Part shown: in pieces, positions 47,551 to 57,152 of the stretch
Layout of the letters: each line of letters starts with the position of its first letter
Numbering within the stretch: position 1 is the stretch's first letter
Assembly (NCBI GenBank): GCA_020348985.1
Contig: CP070761.1
Coordinates: 2,781,509 to 2,845,508 of the forward strand
DNA from: Candidatus Thorarchaeota archaeon
GTDB taxonomy: Archaea > Asgardarchaeota > Thorarchaeia > Thorarchaeales > Thorarchaeaceae
DNA length: 64,000 nt
Direction: 5' to 3'
Program-made: the position numbers and the translations under genes
The notes under the pieces: model-generated
The model's database searches: none
Told to the model about the DNA's origin: nothing
Seen by the model: only the letters and a program-made list of their open reading frames with translations

Positions 47551-48798
47551 TTGGGAAAGACCTCAGGAGAAAGAGCAGTGGGCCGGGTGACGAAAACAAC
47601 TGCATCACTTGCAATCGTTTTGATTCTCATCTTCATGACAGCTCCAGTTAGCCTGCAATACACGAGGTCTCCGGTTCTAGAAGTGCTCACAGGCACCAAT
47701 CCTACTCTTGCTCAGGAGTACACAGAGAGTCTACCAATAAGGATAGAAGGCAACCTGTTCTTTGCCAACGGGCCTTGGAATGGCTCTGGCACCTCCGTGG
47801 ATCCATATCTAATCGAAGGACTAATGATTGAGGCGACAGAATCAGCCATTGAAATCTCTGGGACAGATGCTCACTTCGTAATCTCAGACTGTGTGCTGGT
47901 TGGCGATTACACAGGCGACTCAGTAGGGATTCTTCTCTCCGATGTGACAAACGGACATATTCGGAACGTGATAGTCGAACACACGAGATACGGCATTCGC
48001 ATCGCGAGTTCGGTGAACAACACAGTCAGCAACGTTTCAGTGAGTGGAAATTTCATTGGGCTTCAAATCGATCAGAGCAATCGAACATCGGCAGATTGGA
48101 ACAGACTTTTTGGCAACACTTACGGAATTCATCTAGTCGGCGCTCGCGAATGCAATCTTACTGAGAACGTAATCTACGGCAACGAAGTTGTGGGTATCCT
48201 GATGGATGGGGAATCGCAGAATTGCACGGCACTTCGAAACACCATCGGGTGGAATGGGCCGTCAGCGACAACCCCAAGCAACGCCATGGACAATGGTGCA
48301 TTCAACCTCTGGTACGACGTAAATGAAAGCGCTGGAAACATGTGGTCCGACTACATTGGGGCTGGGCGGTACGAAATTAACGGAACATCAAACTCATTCG
48401 ATCTCTACCCTGGCTTCTTGACTGATTTCATACAGCCAACTGTAGACTCACCTGAAGACCTGCGTCTCGAAGAGGGAGGGAATCCGGAGTCAATCTTGTG
48501 GAATGCGTCCGATGAATATGCTAGAATGTATGAAGTCCTTCTAGACGGAGTTCGTATCATCTCCGACATATGGCGTGGTGGAACAGTGAACGTCACAGCC
48601 TTTCCAGAGCGCGTCGGGGCATACAACTACACATTGATTATCCAGGACGCAGTCGGCAATACCGCCATGGATACCGTGTATGTTGTAGTCATTCTACCGA
48701 TGTTTGGAGGGCTAGGTACGACACAGATTCTCGTGTCTTCTGCCATGAGCGTCCTGGCAGTCATTCTTGTGGTTGTAATAATCAAGAAGATGCGCTAA
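47551..48798 (+). CDS. Surface-anchored right-handed parallel beta-helix (NosD/CASH-like) protein
   Basis: Signal/TM, GSGT..DPY.IE, Asn-ladder repeats, GNMWSDY, Ig-like domain, C-terminal TM + KKMR. Confidence 0.8.
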   Translation: MGKTSGERAVGRVTKTTASLAIVLILIFMTAPVSLQYTRSPVLEVLTGTNPTLAQEYTESLPIRIEGNLFFANGPWNGSGTSVDPYLIEGLMIEATESAIEISGTDAHFVISDCVLVGDYTGDSVGILLSDVTNGHIRNVIVEHTRYGIRIASSVNNTVSNVSVSGNFIGLQIDQSNRTSADWNRLFGNTYGIHLVGARECNLTENVIYGNEVVGILMDGESQNCTALRNTIGWNGPSATTPSNAMDNGAFNLWYDVNESAGNMWSDYIGAGRYEINGTSNSFDLYPGFLTDFIQPTVDSPEDLRLEEGGNPESILWNASDEYARMYEVLLDGVRIISDIWRGGTVNVTAFPERVGAYNYTLIIQDAVGNTAMDTVYVVVILPMFGGLGTTQILVSSAMSVLAVILVVVIIKKMR

Positions 48799-48848
48799 GG
48801 GGAACTCAAATAGCCACCTCCTTGACCCTCGATTTCGAGGAGATAGGC

Positions 48849-50150
48849 ATGATCGTTAAGTGCAGAGTTGCTGTCTTGATTGCCGTTGCTCTGCTGGTGG
48901 CTCTTGTTGTTCCTATTTTTGCACTACAGCATGGAACGATCTTCAGCTTTGTACACGATGAGAGCACACGAATCTCTGAAACCCACGTTGACCACGACCC
49001 AATCTCGATCGTAGGAAATGTCGACTTCCTGAATCAGGCATTTGCTGAAGGTTGGCCAGGAACAGGGACAGAGAGTGACCCAATCATAATCTCCGGTTTG
49101 AGAATCCAGTATTCCGGACACATGTTCCGGGTTATAGACTCAGACCTCCATTTTGAGTTCACGGACAACATTCTGAATGGAATTGACCAAACATGGTGTG
49201 GACTATACATTGCAAACTCTTCGAACGGGAAAGTAATCAACAACACAATCTACAATGCGGCTGCAGGAATTCATGTTCTGTGGATCAATGATACAGTCAT
49301 TACATCAAACAAAGTCTTTGAAAACTCCAATGCCGGAATCGCATTTGAGCGGGCCTGTCATAGGAACAACATTTCATGGAACTCGGTCCATTCGAATTTC
49401 TATTTCGGGATTGGTCTTGATTACAACTCCACCGCCAACGTTGTACACAACAATCTGATCACAAACACTCTTGGTAATGGCGTAATGCTCTGGGACGATT
49501 CCTATTTGAATCAAATCTACAACAACACAATCTTCGAGAACAATGGCAGTGGCGTGACAATCAGAGGGCATCACCAAAGAGTATACGACAATGTCATTGC
49601 GAACAATACACAGGATGGCATTCTAGTCTCTGCATCTTTCTGCCAAATCGAGAACAACACTCTATTGGGAAACTCTCGATCTGGGGTTCACATGTACACA
49701 TTTTGGGATGACGAAGTAGGGAATGAGATATCCGGCAACTCGATACTCAGCAATGGCAGATATGCAGTGGACATCGGCGCACGCTGTGACAACAACACTG
49801 TCGAGTACAACAATATCATCGACAACTGTGAAGGTTCTCAGGTTTGCGACAACGGCCTACACAACGTGATTCGGCACAATTACTGGAACCCCTGGAATGC
49901 AACAGACACTGATTTTAATGGAATTGTAGATTACCCATATCTGGCCTTGGGCTCGTCAGAGAACGTTGACTCCTCTCCAGCACTTGAGCCTTTTGATGGA
50001 CTTCCTACTGACTATGTATTCAGTCCGAATGCTGCTTCAGAAGTCCAGGATTCGGACTCGCAGCCTTACGAAGCGATTTTCGTGGCTTCTGTGGGCATCC
50101 TCATTGTTGCCTTAGCAGTCTGGCGTCTTAGGAAAAGAGATTTCTCTTGA
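48849..50150 (+). CDS. Surface-anchored right-handed parallel beta-helix protein (tandem paralogue)
   Basis: HDPI.I.GN.DF...GWPG.GT..DP.II, N.I..N...G repeats, NYW, C-terminal TM. Confidence 0.8.
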   Translation: MIVKCRVAVLIAVALLVALVVPIFALQHGTIFSFVHDESTRISETHVDHDPISIVGNVDFLNQAFAEGWPGTGTESDPIIISGLRIQYSGHMFRVIDSDLHFEFTDNILNGIDQTWCGLYIANSSNGKVINNTIYNAAAGIHVLWINDTVITSNKVFENSNAGIAFERACHRNNISWNSVHSNFYFGIGLDYNSTANVVHNNLITNTLGNGVMLWDDSYLNQIYNNTIFENNGSGVTIRGHHQRVYDNVIANNTQDGILVSASFCQIENNTLLGNSRSGVHMYTFWDDEVGNEISGNSILSNGRYAVDIGARCDNNTVEYNNIIDNCEGSQVCDNGLHNVIRHNYWNPWNATDTDFNGIVDYPYLALGSSENVDSSPALEPFDGLPTDYVFSPNAASEVQDSDSQPYEAIFVASVGILIVALAVWRLRKRDFS

Positions 50151-50218
50151 GTACGCCACTAAATAAATAAGTCCCGCACTTCGAGCCTCCCTCGTTGCAT
50201 CTCCGCTGTAGGTGAGAT

Positions 50219-50797
50219 ATGATGGCGCTTGATTTCGCGAAAGGTATCACTGAGTTCAGATGGCACGGTCGCGGCGGGCAAGGTGTTGTAACATCCAATC
50301 AGATGCTTGGCAAGGCTGCACTTGCCGAGGGAAATTACATTCAGGCTTTTCCAGAGTTTGGACCGGAACGAACCGGAGCCCCCGTTCGAGCCTTCCTGAG
50401 AATGAGCAAGAATCCTATCCAGATATACGCCCAGGTCTATTCACCAGACGTTGTAATCTGTATAGACCCGACGTTGCTGGACGTGGTCGACCCAACAAGC
50501 GGCCTCAAGGAAGACGGCACTCTTGTTGTCAACACCACGATGAGTCCACAGGAGGTTAGGGACAAGTATGGCTTCAAGACTGGTACTGCTGTCACAGTTG
50601 ACGCAACCAGAATTGCATTGGAGGTTATGGGACGACCATTCTACAACATGCCAACGATGGCGGCGGCCATAGAGGCCACGAAGGTCGTCAAGATAGAGAC
50701 CGTCATCGACGCAGTCATGGAGCGATATCCTGGGAAAGTTGGAGAATTGAACAAGACGGCTATTCTGAGAGCCTGTGAGGAGGAGCAAATAGGATGA
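50219..50797 (+). CDS. porC: Pyruvate/2-oxoacid:ferredoxin oxidoreductase gamma subunit
   Basis: EFRWHGRGGQG, FPEFGPERTGAPV. Confidence 0.92.
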   Translation: MMALDFAKGITEFRWHGRGGQGVVTSNQMLGKAALAEGNYIQAFPEFGPERTGAPVRAFLRMSKNPIQIYAQVYSPDVVICIDPTLLDVVDPTSGLKEDGTLVVNTTMSPQEVRDKYGFKTGTAVTVDATRIALEVMGRPFYNMPTMAAAIEATKVVKIETVIDAVMERYPGKVGELNKTAILRACEEEQIG

Positions 50798-51090
50798 GCG
50801 AGAAGTTTGACGAGATTCCCATGGCAGGGAACATAATCAAGCCAGGAAACGCGGAGGAATACAAGACAGGCGGTTGGCGTGCTGAGAGACCACTCCACAC
50901 ACCAGAGACCTGTCTGTGGGTGAAGAACGGTAGCTGCGGAAGATGCTGGATCTATTGCCCTGACATGTCTGTGGTTCTTACCGAGAAGGACGGCAAGCAC
51001 TCCCATCAGTTCAACTATGACTACTGCAAGGGTTGCGGCATCTGTGCAAATGAATGCCCGACTGACAGTATCAGAATGGAGGGCGAATAG
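50794..51090 (+). CDS. porD: Pyruvate/2-oxoacid:ferredoxin oxidoreductase delta subunit
   Basis: TGGWR..RP, C..CWIYCPD, YDYCKGCGICANECP. Confidence 0.92.
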   Translation: MSEKFDEIPMAGNIIKPGNAEEYKTGGWRAERPLHTPETCLWVKNGSCGRCWIYCPDMSVVLTEKDGKHSHQFNYDYCKGCGICANECPTDSIRMEGE

Positions 51091-51091
51091 A

Positions 51092-52267
51092 GTGACAGAG
51101 ATTGAAGGACTAACTGGCGACGCTGCTATTGCACACGCTCTGAAGCAGTGTGATGTAGATGTTCTTGCGATGTATCCAATCACACCTCAGACCATCATTG
51201 TTGAGGACTACGCACGGTTTGTGGCAAACGGCGAAGTAAACACCAAGCTGATTGCAACGGAATCAGAGCATAGCGCCATGTCTGCATGTGTAGGGGCATC
51301 AGCGGCAGGTGCACGAGTTGCCACAGCGACTGCATCAGCGGGTCTTGCTCTGATGTGGGAGATTCTGTACTGTGCAGCCTCCATGCGAATGCCCATCGTA
51401 CTGACTATTGCGAATCGAGCATTGTCGGCACCAATCAACATTCACAATGACTGGAGCGACACCTACGGAGCCAGAGACAGCGGCTTCATCCAGCTGTACT
51501 GTCAGAGCTCTCAGGAGGCATATGACACCACAATCATGGCCTTTCGGATAGGAGAGGACAGCGATGTGCTCCTTCCTGTTATGGTCTGTATTGATGGCTT
51601 CATTCTGAGTCACAACGTGGAGAGAGTTGAGATGCTTCCGGACGAGAAGGTACAGAAGTTTGTCGGAGTTAGGAAGCACTACCAGAATCTAGATCCTGCC
51701 AACCCAATCACGATGGGCCCCTTGGCATTAACAGACTACTACTTCGAGTTCAAGGAACAGCAGGACAGAGCCATCAAGCGAGTCCCGGAGGTCTACAAGA
51801 AAGTGGAGGCCGAGTTCAAGAAGATGACCGGCCGCTCCTATGGTATGTTCGAGGAGTACAAGACTGACGATGCAGACATCATCATCTTCACACACAGCAC
51901 TCCCGGTGGTACAGCAAAGGTTGTTGCTGACGCCCTGAGAGAGAAGGGTGAGAAAGTAGGAGTTCTGCGGCTCAAGATGTTCAGACCGTTTCCTGCGAAA
52001 GAGGTGGCGGAGGCGGTGAAGCATGCAAAGGCTGTGGCAGTCTTCGAGAAGTGCATGTCGTTCGGAGCGGCGGGAAATCCTCTTGCCCTCGAACTTCGGA
52101 CTGCATTGTATGACCAAGACACGAAGCCTATGGTGACCAATTTTGTGATAGGTCTGGGAGGAAGAGATGTCCCGCCGAGTACGCTGGTTGAAGGTCTTGA
52201 GAAGACGAAGGAGTACTTGACAAAAGGAGAGGCTCCTCTCTATGAGACACTGGGGGTGCGGAAATAA
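51092..52267 (+). CDS. porA: Pyruvate/2-oxoacid:ferredoxin oxidoreductase alpha subunit
   Basis: YPITPQT, ESEHSAMS, NRALSAPINIH.D, DGFILSH, GLGGRD. Start GTG 51092. Confidence 0.93.
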   Translation: MTEIEGLTGDAAIAHALKQCDVDVLAMYPITPQTIIVEDYARFVANGEVNTKLIATESEHSAMSACVGASAAGARVATATASAGLALMWEILYCAASMRMPIVLTIANRALSAPINIHNDWSDTYGARDSGFIQLYCQSSQEAYDTTIMAFRIGEDSDVLLPVMVCIDGFILSHNVERVEMLPDEKVQKFVGVRKHYQNLDPANPITMGPLALTDYYFEFKEQQDRAIKRVPEVYKKVEAEFKKMTGRSYGMFEEYKTDDADIIIFTHSTPGGTAKVVADALREKGEKVGVLRLKMFRPFPAKEVAEAVKHAKAVAVFEKCMSFGAAGNPLALELRTALYDQDTKPMVTNFVIGLGGRDVPPSTLVEGLEKTKEYLTKGEAPLYETLGVRK

Positions 52268-53208
52268 TGGCAATGAAGCTCAAAGACATGATTGCAAAGG
52301 ATGAGATTCTCAGCTCCGGTCACAGGATGTGCGCAGGATGCGCCGCGCCGACCGTGGTTAAGCTCATGGGTATGGCTCTGAGAGGACCCACAATAGTCTG
52401 CGAAGCGACTGGATGCCTTGAGGTTGCAACCACCATCTATCCGTATACAGCGTGGAAGATTCCATGGATACACGTGGCATTCGAGAATGCAGCAGCCGTA
52501 GCATCAGGCATAGTCGAGGGAATAGACGCCATGAGGGAGAAAGGCCGCTGGGAACACGAAACGACCGATGTCATCGCAATCGGAGGAGATGGGGGTACCT
52601 TCGACATTGGTTTTGGTGCCATCAGCGGAGCCTTGGAACGAGGTCACAAGTTCGTATATCTCTGCTACGACAATGGCGCCTATCAGAACACAGGCATCCA
52701 GAGATCCGGTGCGACATTTCCAGGCCAAGAGACTACAACGTCCTGGGCAGGCAAGGTTGAGCCGGGCAAAAGACAACGCAAGAAACCGCTGGCAGAGATT
52801 GTTGCGGCCCACAAGATTCCCTACGTTGCCACTACAACCCCATACCATCATAGGGACTTCATCCAGAAGTTCCAGAAGGCATTGGAGGCAGATGGCCCGG
52901 CTTTCATCCATGCATACTCTCCCTGCCCGAGAGGTTGGAGAGTTGAATCATCCAAGAGCATGGAGCTGGCCAAGCTTGCTGTCGAAGTAGGTCTACACCC
53001 ATTGTTTGAGGTCATTGACGGTGAAGAGTTCATCATGTCAGGCCCAAGTAAACGTCTGAAGGAACTCAAGCCTCTTGATGAATACCTGAAACCTCAGGGA
53101 CAGTTCAAGCACCTCTTCACACCTCAATGGGAGTACTTCCGAAAGGAGATTCAGGAGCAAGTCAATAGAGACTGGGAACTTCTGAAAAAGAAGTGTGGAA
53201 TTGAGTAG
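52267..53208 (+). CDS. porB: Pyruvate/2-oxoacid:ferredoxin oxidoreductase beta subunit
   Basis: GHRMCAGC, TGCLEV, GGDGGTFDIG, YDN.AY.NTGIQRS, PCP.GW. Confidence 0.93.
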   Translation: MAMKLKDMIAKDEILSSGHRMCAGCAAPTVVKLMGMALRGPTIVCEATGCLEVATTIYPYTAWKIPWIHVAFENAAAVASGIVEGIDAMREKGRWEHETTDVIAIGGDGGTFDIGFGAISGALERGHKFVYLCYDNGAYQNTGIQRSGATFPGQETTTSWAGKVEPGKRQRKKPLAEIVAAHKIPYVATTTPYHHRDFIQKFQKALEADGPAFIHAYSPCPRGWRVESSKSMELAKLAVEVGLHPLFEVIDGEEFIMSGPSKRLKELKPLDEYLKPQGQFKHLFTPQWEYFRKEIQEQVNRDWELLKKKCGIE

Positions 53209-53276
53209 TACAGCAGTTCAGACTCAGATTCCTGGCTTAAGTAGGACTTAAGGACAATGCCGCCCTTGGCGAGTCG

Positions 53277-54092
53277 ATGACAGAATACTTTCCGTTTGAC
53301 AAAGACCGACCATTGATCATGGCACACTGGAGCAATCCGTTGGCAGCACCGCAGAATACGCTGGAGGCTTTGAGGAGCGGCGTAGAGGCTGGAGCAGACG
53401 TATTGGAAACGGACTTGAGGTTGACTAAGGACAACGAACTAGTTCTCTTTCATGATGATAACATGCTTCAAACATCCGGAATAGATACCACAGTCCGAGA
53501 CCTTACGCTGGACGAATTCTTGGATACCGACATCTGCAGTGCCACTTCCTATGACGGTGGAGATACCTTCCCTTTCAGTGGATGGGGAGCAAAGGGAGTC
53601 TCCCTTAGAGATGCGCTGAGTGAATTCCCGGAGATGGTCTTCAATCTCGACATGAAGGACAGCTTCAAGGAGGTTCCGGACATTCTTACTGATCTAATCA
53701 GGGAACTGGGCCGAGAGCAATCCGTGATTGTTGCTAGCTATAACGACGCACAGATTGATCGATTTCGTCATCTGATGCCTTCTGTTCCAACGTCTGCGTG
53801 TCCCTCTGAAGTCTCGCGATTTGTCTTTGCTGTCAATATGAGGCTCACGAGAGCGGTTGCCAGAAACCCACAGTATCGAGTCTTCCAAGTTCCACTTGAC
53901 TACGGAAGGATCAAGGTGCTAGACACCAGATTCGTTGAAGCGGCGCACAAACGAAACATAGCTGTACATGCCTGGACCATCAATGATAGAGAGACAATGG
54001 AGCACTTGTTAGATGTAGGTGTTGACGGGATTTTCACCGATGACCCCAAGATGCTAAGAGAGTTGCTCGCGGACAGAGGCTTGTTGACCTAG
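53277..54092 (+). CDS. Glycerophosphodiester phosphodiesterase family protein
   Basis: AH...PQNT, ETDL.LTKD..LV.FHD, WTIND, GVDGIFTD.P. Confidence 0.88.
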   Translation: MTEYFPFDKDRPLIMAHWSNPLAAPQNTLEALRSGVEAGADVLETDLRLTKDNELVLFHDDNMLQTSGIDTTVRDLTLDEFLDTDICSATSYDGGDTFPFSGWGAKGVSLRDALSEFPEMVFNLDMKDSFKEVPDILTDLIRELGREQSVIVASYNDAQIDRFRHLMPSVPTSACPSEVSRFVFAVNMRLTRAVARNPQYRVFQVPLDYGRIKVLDTRFVEAAHKRNIAVHAWTINDRETMEHLLDVGVDGIFTDDPKMLRELLADRGLLT

Positions 54093-54209
54093 TGTGGATT
54101 AATGCCCCCCAATTATCTTAATATGTATGGAGAAGTGCATTGGTTTAGTTCCCATCTCTGCAAACTGTGAGATGTGGGGCAGCCTACGACCAATGCTGAG
54201 GAAATAACG

Positions 54210-54344
54210 ATGGCCTGTCCTGAATTTGACGCAGCGGAGAACAAGTGTGGAGTTGACGGTTTCAAATTCTACACGGGCATGCAGAAACCTTGTGAGACCC
54301 CTGGAATTAACAAGGAAAAGTGTCCGCGGTTTGCCATGCAATGA
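54210..54344 (+). CDS. 44-aa four-cysteine small protein (below the ORF-track cutoff)
   Basis: MACPEFDAAENKCGVDGFKFYTGMQKPCETPGINKEKCPRFAMQ, with GAGG 8 nt upstream of the ATG. Confidence 0.55.
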   Translation: MACPEFDAAENKCGVDGFKFYTGMQKPCETPGINKEKCPRFAMQ

Positions 54345-54510
54345 GAATCTGAACATCTGTTGATCAAGCTTGCTTTTCCAACGAAACACTTCGGGCTGAG
54401 TGGGGTGCGCGATAATCGCATCCCTCAGTCCATGCTATTACCCTTCTGACATAGTCGAGAGGAATATAGGTCTCCGAGACGCCATCTTGTGTGTTACTAT
54501 ATTCATCAGA

Positions 54511-54530
54511 TTTATATAAACTAGGTTTAT
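54511..54530 (+). promoter_or_regulatory. TATA box with overlapping inverted repeat (probable ArsR operator); likely leaderless transcript
   Basis: TTTATATA at 54511-54518, about 25 bp before ATG 54540; ATAAAC-tag-GTTTAT at 54516-54530. Confidence 0.55.
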
Positions 54531-54539
54531 CCAAAGACC

Positions 54540-54932
54540 ATGTCTCAGGAGCATGAGGTTCGCCTGGAGAACTTGGAAAAGGTCCACAAAGAGGCCCCTG
54601 AAAAAGCGCCGTCTTGCGCCCCATACACAGCGAGGCGGCAGGTTATCGATGACTTTCTTGATCATTTCCAGGCAGCCGGACCAGACGTGTTCACAGCATC
54701 CATCAGGACTGGTGTTGTTCTCCTTCTTCTAAAACTCGATGCGGCATGCGTCTGCGAGATACAGTGTGCACTGGATGAGCCTCGTCAACCACTGCTTTCA
54801 CATCATTTGCGAGAGATGAAGAAAGCAGGATGGTTGAATAGCGAGAGGCGCGGGAGATGGACCTACTACTCTCTGGAAGATAAGAAACGAGAGTCTATGA
54901 TTCGGCTCATAAAGTTCCTTGGAGCAGAATAA
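54540..54932 (+). CDS. ArsR/SmtB family metalloregulator
   Basis: CVCEI.C.L...QP.LSHHL..MK.AG...SERRGRW.YY. Confidence 0.88.
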   Translation: MSQEHEVRLENLEKVHKEAPEKAPSCAPYTARRQVIDDFLDHFQAAGPDVFTASIRTGVVLLLLKLDAACVCEIQCALDEPRQPLLSHHLREMKKAGWLNSERRGRWTYYSLEDKKRESMIRLIKFLGAE

Positions 54933-54934
54933 CA

Positions 54935-56671
54935 ATGGCAGTAGCATACATGGAACGTTTGGAGCGGTTTCCTGAGACATATGACGAGGCCTTTGACGAA
55001 GTCCTTGAAGGAAGAGGAAACCAAATCAGAGAACGCATTCTTGATATGATCAGGCCAGGAATGCGTGTTCTTGATTTGGGCTGTGGTCCCGGCCTCTTGG
55101 CAATGGAAGCAGCTAAGAAAGGAGCAACAGTATTCGGAGTCGACGCGAATCCGAGGATGATTGGTCTCGCGAAGATTAGATCTGCGTCCATGGAAAAACC
55201 TCCGAACTTCCTTCAAGGTGACATTCTGACCTTAGGAGAAGAAATCGATAGGATTGACATCAATACCGTCGATGCTAGCGACCTTCACCAACAGAAGTTT
55301 GACCTGGTTGTCAGCACATTTCTCTTATCAGAGCTCAAGCCAGCTCATCGCAGTGTCTTCATGCACATTGTCAAGACGATGCTCCGTGATGATGGCTTCT
55401 TTGCAGTCGCCTCTGAGACCCTTCCCGCGTCCAGATCTGATAGGAAGGAATTCTGGAGGAATCGAAAGGAAGTAGAGGTCGAATCCGGAAAGCGCCTTCT
55501 TCCTCCCGTTACTGACTTGGAGAGTCTTGCCACTTCAGTCGGGCTGGTTGTTGATAGCAGTGATAAGTTTGGATCCGAGATCACTTTCATTGTTGGCCGA
55601 AAGAACGACTCTGAAGTTTCCAGTGTGTTTCGAACTAGGTCCAGAGCCTATCTTGGGGCGCGGGCAAGAGCGAGAATATGGATAGACCATACGACAGGAG
55701 GATGGCGGGGCATTCCAATCGAGCCCGGCCTCTACAAGATTGGTGAACCCACACCAGAAAGTCCGGTAATCGTGACTGCAAACTACGAGTTGACCTACTA
55801 CACAGTAATGAGAGCTCTAGACAAAGATCAGATAGATGCGTGGGTGATGGTCTGTGACACCAACGGTATCAACGTTTGGTGTGCGGCCAGAGGAGTCCAC
55901 TTTGATAGCGAAGATGTCATCCACATGATCCGTCTAACAGGTTTGTCAGAGATTGTGAGTCACAGAGAGCTGATCCTGCCACAGCTGGCCGCTGCAGGAA
56001 TGGACCCTACGATGATTCACAGAAGAAGCGGATTCAGAGTACGATATGGCCCCGTTAGAATCCAAGACCTATCGAGATGGTTCGAGCTAGAAAAGCCAAG
56101 GCCCAAGCCAAGAGATATGGCCACAATCACATTTAACTTCAGAGAGAGAATGGAACAGACAGTTGCACATATACCATTCCTTTTTGCGGTCCTTCTGTGG
56201 AAACCAATGTTCGCGATACTTGGGATCCTAACATTGGTCAACGTTGGTCTGTTCGTTGGACTGCCATCAGCTTTTGCCACCCTTTATCCTACTACTATGG
56301 CTATTCTTCTGCTAATTGGAGAATTCCTTCTAGCACTATTCGGGAATGCAATTGTTCTAGGCGTGGTTTTTCCGGTCTTGCCTTCGAAGGGTAATTCATT
56401 CTGGAGAAGAGGAATCGGGTTGGCGGCTATTACAATGCCACTTGCGGCGGCCATCATGCTACTTATCGGTGTTCACTGGACCGAGTTTGTGGTATGGGAG
56501 GCAGCTCAGTTTGTAATGGTCACATCTTTGACAATGGACTGGTCAGGAATGACAACAGTGAGCGACCCGAAGGTAATAAGAAGGGAGTATCCGTATATGA
56601 TATTGACACTCAAGATTGGTGCTGCCTTCATCATCGGATTCAATATACTTGTAGCACTTATGGGATGGTGA
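54935..56671 (+). CDS. Class I SAM methyltransferase fused to an HgcA-like corrinoid domain and TM region
   Basis: VLDLGCGPG in the N-domain; PGLY.IG.P...SPVIVTANY.LT ... DTNGINVWCAARG ... LILPQL ... YGPVR..DL; then 4-5 TM helices. Confidence 0.85.
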   Translation: MAVAYMERLERFPETYDEAFDEVLEGRGNQIRERILDMIRPGMRVLDLGCGPGLLAMEAAKKGATVFGVDANPRMIGLAKIRSASMEKPPNFLQGDILTLGEEIDRIDINTVDASDLHQQKFDLVVSTFLLSELKPAHRSVFMHIVKTMLRDDGFFAVASETLPASRSDRKEFWRNRKEVEVESGKRLLPPVTDLESLATSVGLVVDSSDKFGSEITFIVGRKNDSEVSSVFRTRSRAYLGARARARIWIDHTTGGWRGIPIEPGLYKIGEPTPESPVIVTANYELTYYTVMRALDKDQIDAWVMVCDTNGINVWCAARGVHFDSEDVIHMIRLTGLSEIVSHRELILPQLAAAGMDPTMIHRRSGFRVRYGPVRIQDLSRWFELEKPRPKPRDMATITFNFRERMEQTVAHIPFLFAVLLWKPMFAILGILTLVNVGLFVGLPSAFATLYPTTMAILLLIGEFLLALFGNAIVLGVVFPVLPSKGNSFWRRGIGLAAITMPLAAAIMLLIGVHWTEFVVWEAAQFVMVTSLTMDWSGMTTVSDPKVIRREYPYMILTLKIGAAFIIGFNILVALMGW

Positions 56672-56677
56672 TGTGAA

Positions 56678-57007
56678 GTGACAATCGCGGTAGCAGAAAC
56701 CAAAGAGGGGTTACAGTACAATCCCACGCTGTGCAATCGTTGCGGCATTTGCGTTGAAGTGTGTCCGTTTAATGTCTGGGAAATACCAGAGGAAGGCCCA
56801 GCAATTCCTGCAAGATCAGAGGACTGCACGAATTGCACCGCTTGCGCAAAGAATTGTTTGGGTGGCGCCCTATCTGTAACAAACATGGGCTGTGGCTGCG
56901 TTTGGAACCAGGGGGCACAACTTCAGGGCAAATGTTCGGACACAGTCGTAGGAAATTTCTCGCCACAGTCAGATAGTGAAACCGACAGCACTTCTTGTTG
57001 TGGATAG
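56678..57007 (+). CDS. HgcB-like 2x[4Fe-4S] ferredoxin
   Basis: CNRCGICVEVCP, CTNCTACAKNC, GCGC and C-terminal CCG; directly after the HgcA-like gene. Confidence 0.82.
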   Translation: MTIAVAETKEGLQYNPTLCNRCGICVEVCPFNVWEIPEEGPAIPARSEDCTNCTACAKNCLGGALSVTNMGCGCVWNQGAQLQGKCSDTVVGNFSPQSDSETDSTSCCG

Positions 57008-57152
57008 CACTCTTTGTTCCATCGAAACTGACGTCCACACTGGTCGGAGTCCGTCAACACATCTGTTAAAAGAGAGAACACATAGAGTGCAGTAGGACGT
57101 CTATTAGGAGGCGACAGGGATTACTCCGAAAGTTCTATCGAGAAAGCCGTTT

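Noticed and set aside
50794-51090. Insertion in the first Fe-S motif of PorD (C-LWVKNGS-CGRC)
   Set aside because: All Cys ligands are still present, and loop insertions in ferredoxin motifs are common.
54099-54665. Minus-strand ORFs of 75-96 aa upstream of and overlapping arsR
   Set aside because: No recognisable motifs; they overlap the better-supported 44-aa ORF, the promoter and arsR.
54935-56671. Calling the fusion a bona fide hgcA, or a CdhD/AcsC subunit
   Set aside because: The cap helix is NVWCAARG rather than NVWCAAGK and function is untested, so no symbol was given. The TM region and HgcB-like neighbour argue against CFeSP.
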